From positions 9,086-73,085 of the forward strand of contig JBAYFZ010000001.1 of assembly GCA_041666915.1 (NCBI GenBank): a DNA stretch of 64,000 nucleotides. The letters are read 5' to 3'. A program made the position numbers and the translations under genes. How positions within the stretch are numbered: the stretch's first letter is position 1; every line of letters starts with the position of its first letter. This document shows, piece by piece, positions 46,412 through 56,589 of this stretch. This DNA comes from Minisyncoccota bacterium (GTDB lineage Bacteria > Patescibacteriota > Minisyncoccia > Phycocordibacterales > PALSA-1337). Below the pieces are notes generated by a model. The model had not been told where the DNA came from, searched no databases, and saw nothing but the letters and a program-made list of their open reading frames with translations.

Positions 46412-46531
46412 GTTGTCGGCTTTACTATTTACAGATTTTAAGCTAATGTTCATTTAGAGTTAACTTAGTTGACACAGGTCAAGGCGCTACCTTAAAGCGT
46501 CAATTTTGAACATTAAAAAAAGAGAATAGTT

Positions 46532-47293
46532 ATGAAGCCAATTATGAAGCCAATCAATCCATATCCAGGAGAAAGTCTCATGGAACTTGGGAAACGTTGC
46601 GATGCAGTATATATCCGCCCAAAAGTTGGTTCTGAGCGTAAGGGACCTTTGGTTGCCTACGCAGGAAAAGATAGCAAAGGACGGAATCTCGTCGGAAATA
46701 TTTACTTCAACTTCCGGCGGATTGAATCTCATCTGAAAGTCGTCGAGATGTTTGCCGAAGTTGCCTGTCAGAAACTTCGCGATCAAAACCTGCTCGACAC
46801 GTTCGACACTGTCTGTGGAATTCCGCAAGGTGGGCGAACATTTGGTCAGGAGCTAGCACGTATTGCTGGTAAACGGTTTGTGTATGCAGACAAGAAACCG
46901 AAACCGACAGAAGCGGGTAAGAAACAGGAATATACGTGGGACCTCTCGCAGTTTGATTTCGAGAAAGGTGAACGCATCGCCATCGCGGAAGACGTTTTTA
47001 ACAACTTCCAAAATACCGATAACACCTTGGCCGAGGTCGCTGCTACTGGAGCGGAGATTGTACTCCTTGTTGGAGCACTCAATCGTTCTCCTGTTTACGA
47101 AATGTCCTACATGCCAAAAAGTGGTTTGTTCGCTGGAAAAGATCTGCCTGTTGTTGCTTCTATTCGTGAAGCGTATCCCGAATACGAACAGGATGATCCT
47201 GCGGTTGCGAACGATATCGCTGCTGGGAGACTCGAACTGGAAGTGAAGAAAAACTGGGCGCGTCTCTGCGCAGTAATGGAACAGTATTCTTAG
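46532..47293 (+). CDS. pyrE: divergent type-I phosphoribosyltransferase, probable orotate phosphoribosyltransferase
   Basis: PRTase-like core 'DTVCGIPQGG' and PRPP-loop-like 'ERIAIAEDVFNNFQNT'. Position between pyrC and pyrF. Confidence 0.55.
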   Translation: MKPIMKPINPYPGESLMELGKRCDAVYIRPKVGSERKGPLVAYAGKDSKGRNLVGNIYFNFRRIESHLKVVEMFAEVACQKLRDQNLLDTFDTVCGIPQGGRTFGQELARIAGKRFVYADKKPKPTEAGKKQEYTWDLSQFDFEKGERIAIAEDVFNNFQNTDNTLAEVAATGAEIVLLVGALNRSPVYEMSYMPKSGLFAGKDLPVVASIREAYPEYEQDDPAVANDIAAGRLELEVKKNWARLCAVMEQYS

Positions 47294-47322
47294 ACCAAAA
47301 GAAAAAAAGAAAGGAAAATAGT

Positions 47323-48072
47323 ATGCAAAAAATATTGACACCGGCGGAACGGTTGATCGTTGCTGCTGATTTCAAACCGGGACAGCCTTGGGAAAAATTC
47401 TACGGCAGAGTGGGGGTTCGATCACAGGTTCTTGCGTTAGCCAACAGTCTCAAAGGAACCGGGGTCTACCTCAAGGTAAACTCTGCTCTACGAGCTTGTG
47501 GTTACGATTTGATCAGTGAGATTCAATCATGTGGTTTGCGAGTCTTCGCTGACCTAAAGCTCTACGATATCGGTGAGACTCTGTCTACAGATGGAATCTT
47601 ATTGAAGGAAGCGAAGCCAGAATTGCTTACTACTGTCTGTTCGGCAGGAGTTCTAGCGATGCAAGCACTCAAGAAAGAATTACCTGATACGGAAGTGCTC
47701 GGTGTAACAGTTCTCACGAGTCTCAATGGGGCAGATGTGCAGAAAATCTATTCCAGCGACATTGGTGCTACAGTCTTAATGTTAGCTAAACATGCCCTGG
47801 TTGCAGGTATTGACGGTTGGATTTGTTCTCCAAAGGAAGCATCAACACTTCGGACATTAAGTGATCGTATGAGCATCAACACTCCTGGAATTCGGCCGAC
47901 ATGGGCTATCGTCCCTGGTGATGATCAGAATCCGGAACGGATTATGACTCCTGCAAAAGCCATTAAGGCTGGTGCGGATCGTATCGTCATCGGTAGACCG
48001 ATTGTTAAGGCTGAAAAACCATACGACGCGGTCATGCGGACAATTGATGAAATCGCTTCGGCTGTGACGTAG
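47323..48072 (+). CDS. pyrF: orotidine 5'-phosphate decarboxylase
   Basis: 'LIVAADF', 'VYLKVNS', 'VFADLKLYDIGET' (DxKxxDI), 'IVIGRPI'. Confidence 0.85.
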   Translation: MQKILTPAERLIVAADFKPGQPWEKFYGRVGVRSQVLALANSLKGTGVYLKVNSALRACGYDLISEIQSCGLRVFADLKLYDIGETLSTDGILLKEAKPELLTTVCSAGVLAMQALKKELPDTEVLGVTVLTSLNGADVQKIYSSDIGATVLMLAKHALVAGIDGWICSPKEASTLRTLSDRMSINTPGIRPTWAIVPGDDQNPERIMTPAKAIKAGADRIVIGRPIVKAEKPYDAVMRTIDEIASAVT

Positions 48073-48201
48073 TCAACATGGAAAGTTCTTATCAACAATT
48101 AGCTCGCTCACTTCGGTGGCGGGCTAATTTTTTATATAAATTTTTAAATAAAAAAAGAGCGCCACCTTATGATGACGCCGTTTTGAGTAATGTGAAGCAT
48201 A

Positions 48202-48447
48202 TCAGTCTGCTTGGCAAATATGTTCCATCATCAATTCTCGTGGCACTTTCTTGCCACACACATCACATGTTACAGATGAGCAATCTTCTTCTGGAACCGT
48301 GCTGGGCATTAGGAGACATTGCGAAGGAAAAGGATCTTCGAGAAATCTCACGTCTCCTGCAATTGGTCTGCCTATTCTGACTGCGGATGTACAACTCTCT
48401 AGAACTGTTGGCATAGGAACCTTTCTGCTAAAGATTTTCACCACCAT
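48202..48447 (-). CDS. small zinc-ribbon protein (81 aa), paralog B
   Basis: C-terminus 'VTCDVCGKKVPRELMMEHICQAD*' parallels paralog A ('EED..TC..CG...H.C.AD'). Preferred over the overlapping plus-strand ORF 48078-48380. Confidence 0.45.
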   Translation of the reverse strand: MVVKIFSRKVPMPTVLESCTSAVRIGRPIAGDVRFLEDPFPSQCLLMPSTVPEEDCSSVTCDVCGKKVPRELMMEHICQAD

Positions 48448-48524
48448 TTAAAAAATACCATATTTTTAAAATATTAACAATCAAAAAACCCTTCGACAAG
48501 CTCAGGGTTTTTTGAGAGTGATAA

Positions 48525-49814
48525 TTATTTCTTTTCTCCTGAATAAGCTAATGCCATCTTTTGTTCCTTAGGATCAAACAAGGTTATCTTGAAGTCATAA
48601 GTCTTACCCAATTCTAGAGATTTCTTGAGTTTTTCTTCAGAACCAAATTCTGAGACATGGACTAGACCGGCGACACCTTCTTCTATAGAAGCTAATGCAC
48701 CATGTTTGTTGAATTTGATAATAACTCCAGAGACAGACATATCTTTCTTGTATTTCTTTGCAGCTTCGGTCCAAGGGTTGGTCTTCAATTGTTTGAGTGA
48801 TAGGGAAATCTTGCCATCCTTGATCTCAATAATCTTGGCTTTGACTTTCTGGCCAACCTTTACAAAGTTGCGTGGATCATCAACAAGTCCCCAATCAATC
48901 TCGGAAATATGAATGAGTCCTTCCAAACCTTCTTCAAGTTTGACGAATACTCCGAAATCAACGATACCTGTGATAGTACCTTCAACATCGTCACCGATCT
49001 CATACTTACTGACGATTTTCTCTTTTTCTTTTGATTCAGAACCTTTCTCTGAGAAGATGAGCTTACCTTCTTTTGGATCAGCAGTGATGATAGCGACTTG
49101 CAAGCGTGTGCCAATGAGTTTCTTGAGCTCATCTAGAATCTTGTCCTTGTCACCATCAGAAATGCGAGGGTAATGATCGGTCTTGAGCTGTGAAGCTGGT
49201 AGGAAACCGAGGATGCCTTGCCATTCAATGAGAAGTCCACCTTTGTTGGCTTCTTTGACTGGAAGGTCAAGAACTTTCTTTTCTCTGATAGCAATCTCTG
49301 CTTCATTCCAAATGAGAGCTTGGCGAGCTTCCTTGAGAGAAAGTTCGTAATAGCCTTCTTTGTGAGCTGTATCAACGATCTTTGCGGCGATAACATCACC
49401 AACGTTTATTTTTTTGATAACGTCACGAGCAATGATAAATTCACGACCGTATATGATACCGGTTCCGAATGGTGCTAGATCTACGTAGACTGAAGATTTT
49501 TCAACTGCGATAACAGAACCTTCCACCAAATCACCGATGATTGGAGGGTTTTTCATTGTCTCGGACAATTTGCCCATGACACTGGACTTCTGTTCCTCGG
49601 TCAATTCCATATCACCCTTATTCTTTTTTACCTCACCAACTTCTTTTTTGTCTGTTGATGTAGAGTTTTTGGCTGACTTTTTTGGAGATGCAACCTTGGT
49701 CTCTTTTGTTGCCTCTTCGGTTTTTGCTGTTACTACTGTCTTTGTTTCTGGATCCACTACGGTCTCTGACTTGTCTTTATGACCAGTCAAAGTCTCTTTT
49801 AATTTTTTGAACAT
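48525..49814 (-). CDS. rpsA: 30S ribosomal protein S1 (four S1 domains, K/T/E-rich N-terminal extension)
   Basis: Repeated S1 OB-fold blocks ('GDLVEGSVIAV', 'GDVIAAKIVD', 'GTRLQVAIIT', 'GDDVEGTITGIVDFGVFVKL', 'GVIIKFNKHGALASI'). Confidence 0.85.
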   Translation of the reverse strand: MFKKLKETLTGHKDKSETVVDPETKTVVTAKTEEATKETKVASPKKSAKNSTSTDKKEVGEVKKNKGDMELTEEQKSSVMGKLSETMKNPPIIGDLVEGSVIAVEKSSVYVDLAPFGTGIIYGREFIIARDVIKKINVGDVIAAKIVDTAHKEGYYELSLKEARQALIWNEAEIAIREKKVLDLPVKEANKGGLLIEWQGILGFLPASQLKTDHYPRISDGDKDKILDELKKLIGTRLQVAIITADPKEGKLIFSEKGSESKEKEKIVSKYEIGDDVEGTITGIVDFGVFVKLEEGLEGLIHISEIDWGLVDDPRNFVKVGQKVKAKIIEIKDGKISLSLKQLKTNPWTEAAKKYKKDMSVSGVIIKFNKHGALASIEEGVAGLVHVSEFGSEEKLKKSLELGKTYDFKITLFDPKEQKMALAYSGEKK

Positions 49815-49996
49815 TTTTGTATGTCTCCGCTCCGCTTTTTAAACTATTAATATTATTGCGGGATAACGCGAGACTATTAAAATACGGCCAATGCCGTGTC
49901 GCTAGAATCTAGCATTTAATAGGGGTTTTTACAAGGTCTATCGCCAGCTGGCGAATGAGAGTAGACCTTGAAGTCGCATTGTGATAAATTGTAAAC

Positions 49997-50617
49997 ATGA
50001 TTATCACTTATTTAGGAGGAGCATTTGTAAAAGTCCAATTCGGAGATACGGTCCTTGCTTTCAATCCAGTTTCAAAAGATTCAGAGATGAAAACTGCCAA
50101 GTTTGGTGCAGACATCGTCCTTTCTAGTCTCAATCATCCAGATATGAATGGTTTGGATCAAGTATCATTTGGCGACAAGAAAGCTTTTTCTATTACTGGT
50201 CCAGGGGAATACGAAGTCAAAGATGTTTTTATAAAAGGTCTTAGTTCAGAATCTGGTTATGGTGGAGAAAAGCGCATAAACACTGTTTACAGCGTTTCCT
50301 TGGAAGGTATGAACATCTGTTTTTTGGGAGCAGTCAATACTCCAGAATTACCAAAGGAAGCTGACGAAGCTATAGATGGTGTTGATATATTATTTGTTCC
50401 AATAGGTGGTAATGGGGTACTTGGTCCGTCAGATGCTTATAAGCTAGCGGTATCTCTGGAACCAAAGATCATTATTCCAATATTACATGATGCCGTTTCT
50501 TTGAAATCTTTTCTCAAGGAGGCAGGTGAAAATCCAAAGCCAGAAACAAAGATCACTTTGAAGAAAAAAGATCTAGAAGAGAAGGAGGCCGAAGTTGTTG
50601 TCCTTGAAAAGGAATAG
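49997..50617 (+). CDS. MBL-fold metal-dependent hydrolase (UPF0173-like)
   Basis: 'MIITYLGGAFVKVQFGDTVLAFNP', 'SLNHPD', 'VDILFVPIGG'. Confidence 0.65.
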   Translation: MIITYLGGAFVKVQFGDTVLAFNPVSKDSEMKTAKFGADIVLSSLNHPDMNGLDQVSFGDKKAFSITGPGEYEVKDVFIKGLSSESGYGGEKRINTVYSVSLEGMNICFLGAVNTPELPKEADEAIDGVDILFVPIGGNGVLGPSDAYKLAVSLEPKIIIPILHDAVSLKSFLKEAGENPKPETKITLKKKDLEEKEAEVVVLEKE

Positions 50618-50658
50618 TTGATTGTTGTTCTATTTGGTATAATAACTCTATTGTTAGA

Positions 50659-50982
50659 GTGGCTTCGTTAGGGATTTTTCATTATAAAATGTCTTTACAA
50701 GATCATATAGAAAATCTAAGAGCTAAACCTGAACATATTCGTAAGCGATATTCTTTTTCTATCTCTCTAGGTGTTACAGCTATCATTTTTGCATTTTGGA
50801 TAAGTTCATTTGGTGGTCATTCCAATGATGTCGTCGCTACAGCTGTAAATAAGATTGAGACACCAGGACGATCTATGATTGCCAGTGTAGGCTCATTCTT
50901 TGTTGATATTAGAGATATTGTATTTGGTCCAAAGAAAGTCAATTATACTTCTACCGTAGAGGTCAAACCGGGGAGGAAGTAA
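50659..50982 (+). CDS. hypothetical membrane protein
   Basis: Single TM 'ISLGVTAIIFAFWISSF'; start possibly at Met 50689. Confidence 0.35.
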   Translation: MASLGIFHYKMSLQDHIENLRAKPEHIRKRYSFSISLGVTAIIFAFWISSFGGHSNDVVATAVNKIETPGRSMIASVGSFFVDIRDIVFGPKKVNYTSTVEVKPGRK

Positions 50983-51056
50983 TACCCGTCAAACTCTATA
51001 ATCACTTGGAAAAAATACTTTTTTCTGCTAAACTGAAGATTCAGAACTCATAAAAC

Positions 51057-53540
51057 ATGTCCAGAAAACCAGGTGAATCAAAATCTAATCAAGCTGAAGT
51101 TGATGCTCGAAACGGTGCCGGTATAGTAGAACGTAGCATTACAACCGAAATGCGCGAGTCTTATCTAGACTACGCGATGTCAGTCATCACTGCTCGTGCT
51201 CTTCCTGATGTACGTGATGGTTTGAAACCTGTACATCGTCGTATTTTGTATACAATGCATGAGCTCAACCTCTCTCCAGGAGGTAAGACCAGAAAGTCTG
51301 CAAAGATCGTTGGAGACGTAACAGGTAACTATCACCCTCACGGCGACGTTGCTGTTTACGAATCTCTCGTCAACCTCATCCAACCTTTTCGTATGCGCTA
51401 TCCACTAGGTATTGGTCAAGGTAACTTCGGTTCTCTAGATGGTGATCCAGCTGCTGCTCCACGTTATACCGAGGCAAAGATGTCCCGTATCTCATCAGAA
51501 CTTCTCAAGGATATAGACAAGGATACTGTTGATTTTCGTCCAAACTATGAAGGTACACGTACAGAGCCTATCGTTCTTCCTTCTTCTGTTCCAAACCTTC
51601 TTTTGAATGGAACACTCGGTATTGCTGTCGGTATGGCCACCAACATTCCTCCTCACAATTTGCGTGAAGTCGTTGACGCAACAGCTTATTTGCTAGAAAA
51701 CAAAGATGCTACTACAGAAGACCTTACACAATTCATAAAAGGTCCAGATTTTCCAACTGGAGCTATCATGTATGGTCAAAAAGATATTCTTCATACTTAC
51801 ACTACTGGTCGTGGTGGTATTACTGTGCGTGGTGAAGCTGAGATCATTGAAGATAAAAAAGGCCAATTCCAGATTGTTATCACTTCTATACCTTATCGTG
51901 TCAATAAAGCAGATTTGATAACTAGGATTGCCGATTTAGTTCGTGAAAAAATAGTAGAGGGCGTTCGTGCTCTACGCGATGAGTCGACCGAAGATGTTCG
52001 TATTGTTATTGATCTCAAGCAAGGTTCTTATCCAGAAAAGATTCTCAATCAACTTTACAAACATACTCAACTTGAAGACGCTTTCCATGTAAATACCGTT
52101 GCTCTAGTAGATGGTGTACCACATACACTTTCCTTGAAGTCTATTCTAGAAGAATTCGTCAAACATCGCATTATAGTTATTCGTCGTCGCACTCAGTTTG
52201 ACCTTACCAAAGCCGAAGAACGTGAACATATCTTGCTAGGTTTGAAGAAAGCTCTAGATCATATTGATGAGATCATTACTCTTATCCGTGCTTCAAAGGA
52301 TGTAGCAGAAGCTCATGCCGGCCTCATGAAGAAGTTCAAGTTTAGTCCGTTACAGGCTACAGCTATTCTAGAAATGAGATTGCAAAAGTTGGCTGGACTA
52401 GAGCGTAAGAAAGTCCTAGATGAATTGGCTGAAGTTCAAGATTTGATAGCTAGACTCAAAGAGATTCTGGGTAGTGAAAAGAAAGTCCGAGCTCTCATCA
52501 AAGCTGAACTTATGGAGATCAAAGAAAAGTATGGCGACGATCGTCGTACTAAAATAGTCAAACATGGTGTGAAAGATTTCAATCCCGAAGATCTCATAGC
52601 TGATGAAGAGTCCGTACTTGTTCTTACAAAGGGTGGCTACATCAAACGTACCAATCCAGATGAGTATCGCAAACAGAAGCGTGGTGGTATCGGTGTTGTA
52701 GATCTAGATACAAAAGAAGAGGACTTTATTTCTCACCTTATTTTCGCTTCAACTCATAACGATCTACTATTCTTTACTGACAAAGGCAAAGCTTATCAGA
52801 TCAAGATGTACGATATTCCAGAAGGAAAGCGTGCTACCAAAGGCAAGTCTGTCATGAACTTCCTTTCACTTTCCGATGGTGAAAAAGTTACTTCCATATT
52901 GCCAATGCCAAAGGACAAGAAGACTGCAGAAGGCTTGGCTTTGATGATGGTTACAAAGAGTGGTACAGGCAAAAAATCTTCCGCTAAACATTTCCACGAT
53001 GTTCGTCGTTCTGGCCTTATTGCTATTACGCTGGAAGCTGGTGATGAACTTATTTCTGTATCCTTTGTTTCCAAGAATGATGAGATTGTCCTTGCTACAA
53101 AAGATGGTCAGTCTATCCGTTTCAAAGAAAGCGATGTTAGGGAAATGGGTAGAAACGCTACTGGTGTACGCGTCATCAAACTTGATGAAAAAGTTGATGC
53201 AGTCATCTCTGCCGACGTTGTTTCCAAAGATGCCAAAAATCCAGCCCTGTTCGTAATGGGCGCAAATGGTTATGGTAAAAAGACCAAACTTTCTGAATAC
53301 AAAACTCAAAATCGTGGTGGTTCTGGAATATTGACTATGAATGTCACTTCCAAGACTGGTCCACTCATGGCCGCTAAGGTTGTCACTGATGATGTTGAAG
53401 AGATTGTAGCTATGTCCAAGAAGAGTCAGGTTATACGCGTTGATCTGAAAGAGATTCCTACACTCGGTCGTTCCACTCAAGGTGTCAGGGTTATGAAGCT
53501 CAGGGAAGGGGATTCATTGGCAAGTTTGATTTGTCTGTAA
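51057..53540 (+). CDS. gyrA: DNA gyrase subunit A
   Basis: '[26 protein letters not shown]', active-site 'YHPHGD', C-terminal beta-pinwheel repeats. Confidence 0.95.
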   Translation: MSRKPGESKSNQAEVDARNGAGIVERSITTEMRESYLDYAMSVITARALPDVRDGLKPVHRRILYTMHELNLSPGGKTRKSAKIVGDVTGNYHPHGDVAVYESLVNLIQPFRMRYPLGIGQGNFGSLDGDPAAAPRYTEAKMSRISSELLKDIDKDTVDFRPNYEGTRTEPIVLPSSVPNLLLNGTLGIAVGMATNIPPHNLREVVDATAYLLENKDATTEDLTQFIKGPDFPTGAIMYGQKDILHTYTTGRGGITVRGEAEIIEDKKGQFQIVITSIPYRVNKADLITRIADLVREKIVEGVRALRDESTEDVRIVIDLKQGSYPEKILNQLYKHTQLEDAFHVNTVALVDGVPHTLSLKSILEEFVKHRIIVIRRRTQFDLTKAEEREHILLGLKKALDHIDEIITLIRASKDVAEAHAGLMKKFKFSPLQATAILEMRLQKLAGLERKKVLDELAEVQDLIARLKEILGSEKKVRALIKAELMEIKEKYGDDRRTKIVKHGVKDFNPEDLIADEESVLVLTKGGYIKRTNPDEYRKQKRGGIGVVDLDTKEEDFISHLIFASTHNDLLFFTDKGKAYQIKMYDIPEGKRATKGKSVMNFLSLSDGEKVTSILPMPKDKKTAEGLALMMVTKSGTGKKSSAKHFHDVRRSGLIAITLEAGDELISVSFVSKNDEIVLATKDGQSIRFKESDVREMGRNATGVRVIKLDEKVDAVISADVVSKDAKNPALFVMGANGYGKKTKLSEYKTQNRGGSGILTMNVTSKTGPLMAAKVVTDDVEEIVAMSKKSQVIRVDLKEIPTLGRSTQGVRVMKLREGDSLASLICL

Positions 53541-53570
53541 ATTTTCGGGTAGAATTTTTAGTGTAAACAC

Positions 53571-53596
53571 AAAACCCGCCTTGTAAGCGGGTTTTG
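53571..53596 (+). terminator. intrinsic terminator after gyrA (AAACCCGC-cttgtaa-GCGGGTTTT)
   Basis: Seen in sequence. Confidence 0.7.
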
Positions 53597-53664
53597 GCTA
53601 GGATTTTGCGGGTTCTAATTCTCTGAACCCTACCTCATCAGTAATGGAAGTATATAGCTATTGA

Positions 53665-54111
53665 TTACATTGTGCAAAATCTTTCTTTGACGAATACTGG
53701 ACTATTTCCACTTTGAGTAAGTAGAGCTGCGTTTTCACAGAAATTATTATTAAATTTGTCACCTATTAGATAAGTATTGAATTCCTTCTGACTTACAACA
53801 TCTAATACGTTTTCATTTTTTACTTGATATGTATGTTTACCGTAACAATTATTTGCATCTTGTGCATAAATAGAAGCATTATTTCTAATTCGGTCAATAA
53901 TATTCCAATCATCGAAAGATTGACTTCCATCACTATGTTTTCTTGTATCTCCATAAGAAATCAGATTTGATTTGAGGATGTAGAATTTTATACCTTGACT
54001 ATCGAGGGCACAGCTTAAATTTGGCCCCAAAAAATAATATTTAGCACTGATTATTACTAATATAATAATCACTATTGAAATAACAAATGAGCGTGTCTTA
54101 CGGGTTTTCAT
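53665..54111 (-). CDS. hypothetical membrane-anchored protein (148 aa)
   Basis: N-terminal TM 'FVISIVIIILVIISA'; Cys-containing extracytoplasmic domain; no family recognised. Confidence 0.4.
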   Translation of the reverse strand: MKTRKTRSFVISIVIIILVIISAKYYFLGPNLSCALDSQGIKFYILKSNLISYGDTRKHSDGSQSFDDWNIIDRIRNNASIYAQDANNCYGKHTYQVKNENVLDVVSQKEFNTYLIGDKFNNNFCENAALLTQSGNSPVFVKERFCTM

Positions 54112-54235
54112 ATATATAAATTATACCATGAAAAATTTAAGGGAGTAGTGCGAGTTAAACCCATCAAATCCTCAGCCAAATTTGTCCCCACTGCCTTTAG
54201 TATGCTTTTACGGGTTTATATCCTATAATTAACCC

Positions 54236-54754
54236 ATGTTTTCCGATCCAGCATCAAATCTTTCTAAATTGGGATTAAACGATGGTATGAAAGTAGTTGA
54301 CTTGGGCGCAGGCTCTGGTTTTTACACTATAGAAGCCGCAAAGAGAGTTGGTGGCAGTGGCAGAGTCTATGCCGTAGACGTTATCAAGGAACTTCTAGAA
54401 AGGATTCGTTCACACGGCGCTTCTCAGGGACTCCGTAATATAGAGGTAGTTTGGGGTAATGCCGAGAAGATCGGTGGTACCAAACTTCGCGAAGCTACGG
54501 CTGACAGGGTGATTGTTTCCAATATTCTTTTTCAAGTAGAAAAACTTGATGAATTTGTTCTTGAAGTAAAACGTATTTTGAAGCCAGGAGGGAAGGTTCT
54601 TGTAGTAGATTGGAGTGAACTCTCTGCTCTTAGTCCAAAAACGCTTGTACCAGCAATGAAAGCTCAAATGCTTTTTGAAAAAGCCGGTTTCAAAATAGAT
54701 CAGTCATTTGATGCGGGTGACCACCATTACGGTTTAGTTCTTATTCGTCAATAA
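54236..54754 (+). CDS. class I SAM-dependent methyltransferase
   Basis: Motif I 'VVDLGAGSGFYT'; motif post-I 'VYAVDV'; 'ILKPGGKVLVVDW'. Confidence 0.65.
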   Translation: MFSDPASNLSKLGLNDGMKVVDLGAGSGFYTIEAAKRVGGSGRVYAVDVIKELLERIRSHGASQGLRNIEVVWGNAEKIGGTKLREATADRVIVSNILFQVEKLDEFVLEVKRILKPGGKVLVVDWSELSALSPKTLVPAMKAQMLFEKAGFKIDQSFDAGDHHYGLVLIRQ

Positions 54755-54763
54755 ACAAAAAGT

Positions 54764-56077
54764 ATGAAAACGAGCAAATTTCAAATAATAACACTAGCAA
54801 TCTTCGTTGTAGCAATCATAGCCGGCGCAGCTTCCTTCGCTTTGTACAAAGGTAGCTCTGGAAGTGCAACTTTACCAGATGTCTCAATATGGGGGACTTT
54901 TCCAGCAGATATTTTCAATAAGTATGTCTCCAATATAAACAACACTTTAGCTTCACCTCTCAAGGTCAATTATATTCAGTATAAGCTAGAAGATTTTTCC
55001 AAGAATTTTGTCAATGCTTTGGCTTTGGGTCAAGGTCCAGATGCCGTACTTATTCCGTCAGAAATGTTATTGTCAGAATTCAATAAATTGATCCATGTAC
55101 CTTATACGGTTTTGCCAAAAGATACATTTTTCAATTCATATATTGATGAAGCTAGGATATATTTATCTGATAATGGAGTCCAAGCTATACCTTTTAGTGT
55201 AGATCCTATTGTTATGTATTGGAACCGCGACAATTTTAATTCTGCAGGCATTGCTACGTATCCAAAATATTGGGATGAATTTACCGGTTCTAGTTTGAAG
55301 CCAGGTTTGGCTCAAAAATTGACCAGTAAAGATCAGAACGGAAATATTAGAAAGTCAGCGATAGCAATGGGAGATTTTTCCAATATTACCAACGCTCGCG
55401 AGGTGATGGGGTCTTTGTTATTACAGAGTGGTAACCCTGTAACTATGATTGGAAATGGGGGTGTCGTATCTACTATCAGTACATCTTATTCTGCTAGTCC
55501 TATCCCAGCTTTTAGATTTTTCAGCCAATTTGCAGATCCTTCCAATGCAAACTATTCATGGAATAAAGGTATGGTAAATGATAAGTCGGCATTTCTGTCA
55601 GGAGTGCTTTCTACATATTTTAGTTTTGCTTCAGAGTTAAGTAGTATTAAAGCCAAAAATCCCAATCTTAATTTTGATGTAGCTCCAATACCACAGTTGA
55701 GGACTGGTGGTCAGAAATCTGGATATGCAAAGATGTATGGATTTTCTCTTGTTAGAGCTTCCACAAAACTAGATGCTGTCTTCCAAGTTATTTCTACTTT
55801 GACAACGGCCAACAACTTGAAAGATTTGTCGCAAACCATGTATTTACCATCAGTAAGAAGGGATGTCATAGCTATAGGTTCTACGGATCCATATATAACG
55901 ATATTCAATCAAGCGGTTCTCGTTTCAAAGACATGGATTGATGTTGATGCAAGTAAGTCCGGTCAGATTTTTAGTAATTTGGTTCAAGCTGTGACGAGCG
56001 GACAAAAGAATATAGATCAGGCTGTTCGTGATGCTGGGGATCAATATAATGTTGTGTTGAAACAAGCGGGGCAGTAG
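54764..56077 (+). CDS. extracellular solute-binding protein (ABC-type, SBP family 1-like), membrane/lipid-anchored
   Basis: N-terminal TM/anchor, overall length and 'solute-binding' layout. Confidence 0.45.
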   Translation: MKTSKFQIITLAIFVVAIIAGAASFALYKGSSGSATLPDVSIWGTFPADIFNKYVSNINNTLASPLKVNYIQYKLEDFSKNFVNALALGQGPDAVLIPSEMLLSEFNKLIHVPYTVLPKDTFFNSYIDEARIYLSDNGVQAIPFSVDPIVMYWNRDNFNSAGIATYPKYWDEFTGSSLKPGLAQKLTSKDQNGNIRKSAIAMGDFSNITNAREVMGSLLLQSGNPVTMIGNGGVVSTISTSYSASPIPAFRFFSQFADPSNANYSWNKGMVNDKSAFLSGVLSTYFSFASELSSIKAKNPNLNFDVAPIPQLRTGGQKSGYAKMYGFSLVRASTKLDAVFQVISTLTTANNLKDLSQTMYLPSVRRDVIAIGSTDPYITIFNQAVLVSKTWIDVDASKSGQIFSNLVQAVTSGQKNIDQAVRDAGDQYNVVLKQAGQ

Positions 56078-56156
56078 GGGCTAACTTTTGTCTTATCTTT
56101 ATAAAAATATGAATTCAAAGTGCAAAGTGCAAAGTGCAAAGTTTAAGACAATAATT

Positions 56157-56585
56157 ATGTTGTTTGTTTTTTCTGTAATTTTGTTTACACCTTTTGTTCA
56201 AGCACAAACTATTAAACCAGAACCTGTAGATGTGAACAGTTCTTCTTTTAGATTACTCATTTGTGATGGCCCAGTTCTTCCAGCTGGTGTAACTCCTCCA
56301 AAAGCAAACTATGTTCCTTGTGACTTCAAAGGGTTGATGATGCAGATTCAACATTTTATAAATATTGCTATGGTTGGAGGTGTTATCATTGCTATCTTAG
56401 GTATGACTTATGCTGGTATTCTGTATATCTCTGGTAACCCTGCTAAGATAAAAGAAGCTCACGATATATTTCCAAGTATTCTGATAGGATTTATAGTAAT
56501 GTTATCAGCATGGTTTATCGTCTATCAGGTTATAAATTGGTTGACTGGTGGTAATACTTTGAGTGTTCTTCTTGGTAATCCATAA
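56157..56585 (+). CDS. VirB2/TrbC-like (T4SS-pilin-type) small membrane protein, paralog 1 of 6
   Basis: Signal peptide 'MLFVFSVILFTPFVQAQT', then TM1 'AMVGGVIIAILGMTYAGILYI', loop 'SGNPAKIKEAHD', TM2 'ILIGFIVMLSAWFIVYQV'. ORF is open from TTG 56088. Confidence 0.55.
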   Translation: MLFVFSVILFTPFVQAQTIKPEPVDVNSSSFRLLICDGPVLPAGVTPPKANYVPCDFKGLMMQIQHFINIAMVGGVIIAILGMTYAGILYISGNPAKIKEAHDIFPSILIGFIVMLSAWFIVYQVINWLTGGNTLSVLLGNP

Positions 56586-56589
56586 AATT

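Noticed and set aside
48078-48380. 100-aa plus-strand ORF overlapping zinc-ribbon paralog B
   Set aside because: The minus-strand ORF has a recognisable paralog (43985-44230) with matching C-terminal Cys/His pattern; the plus-strand ORF has no features.
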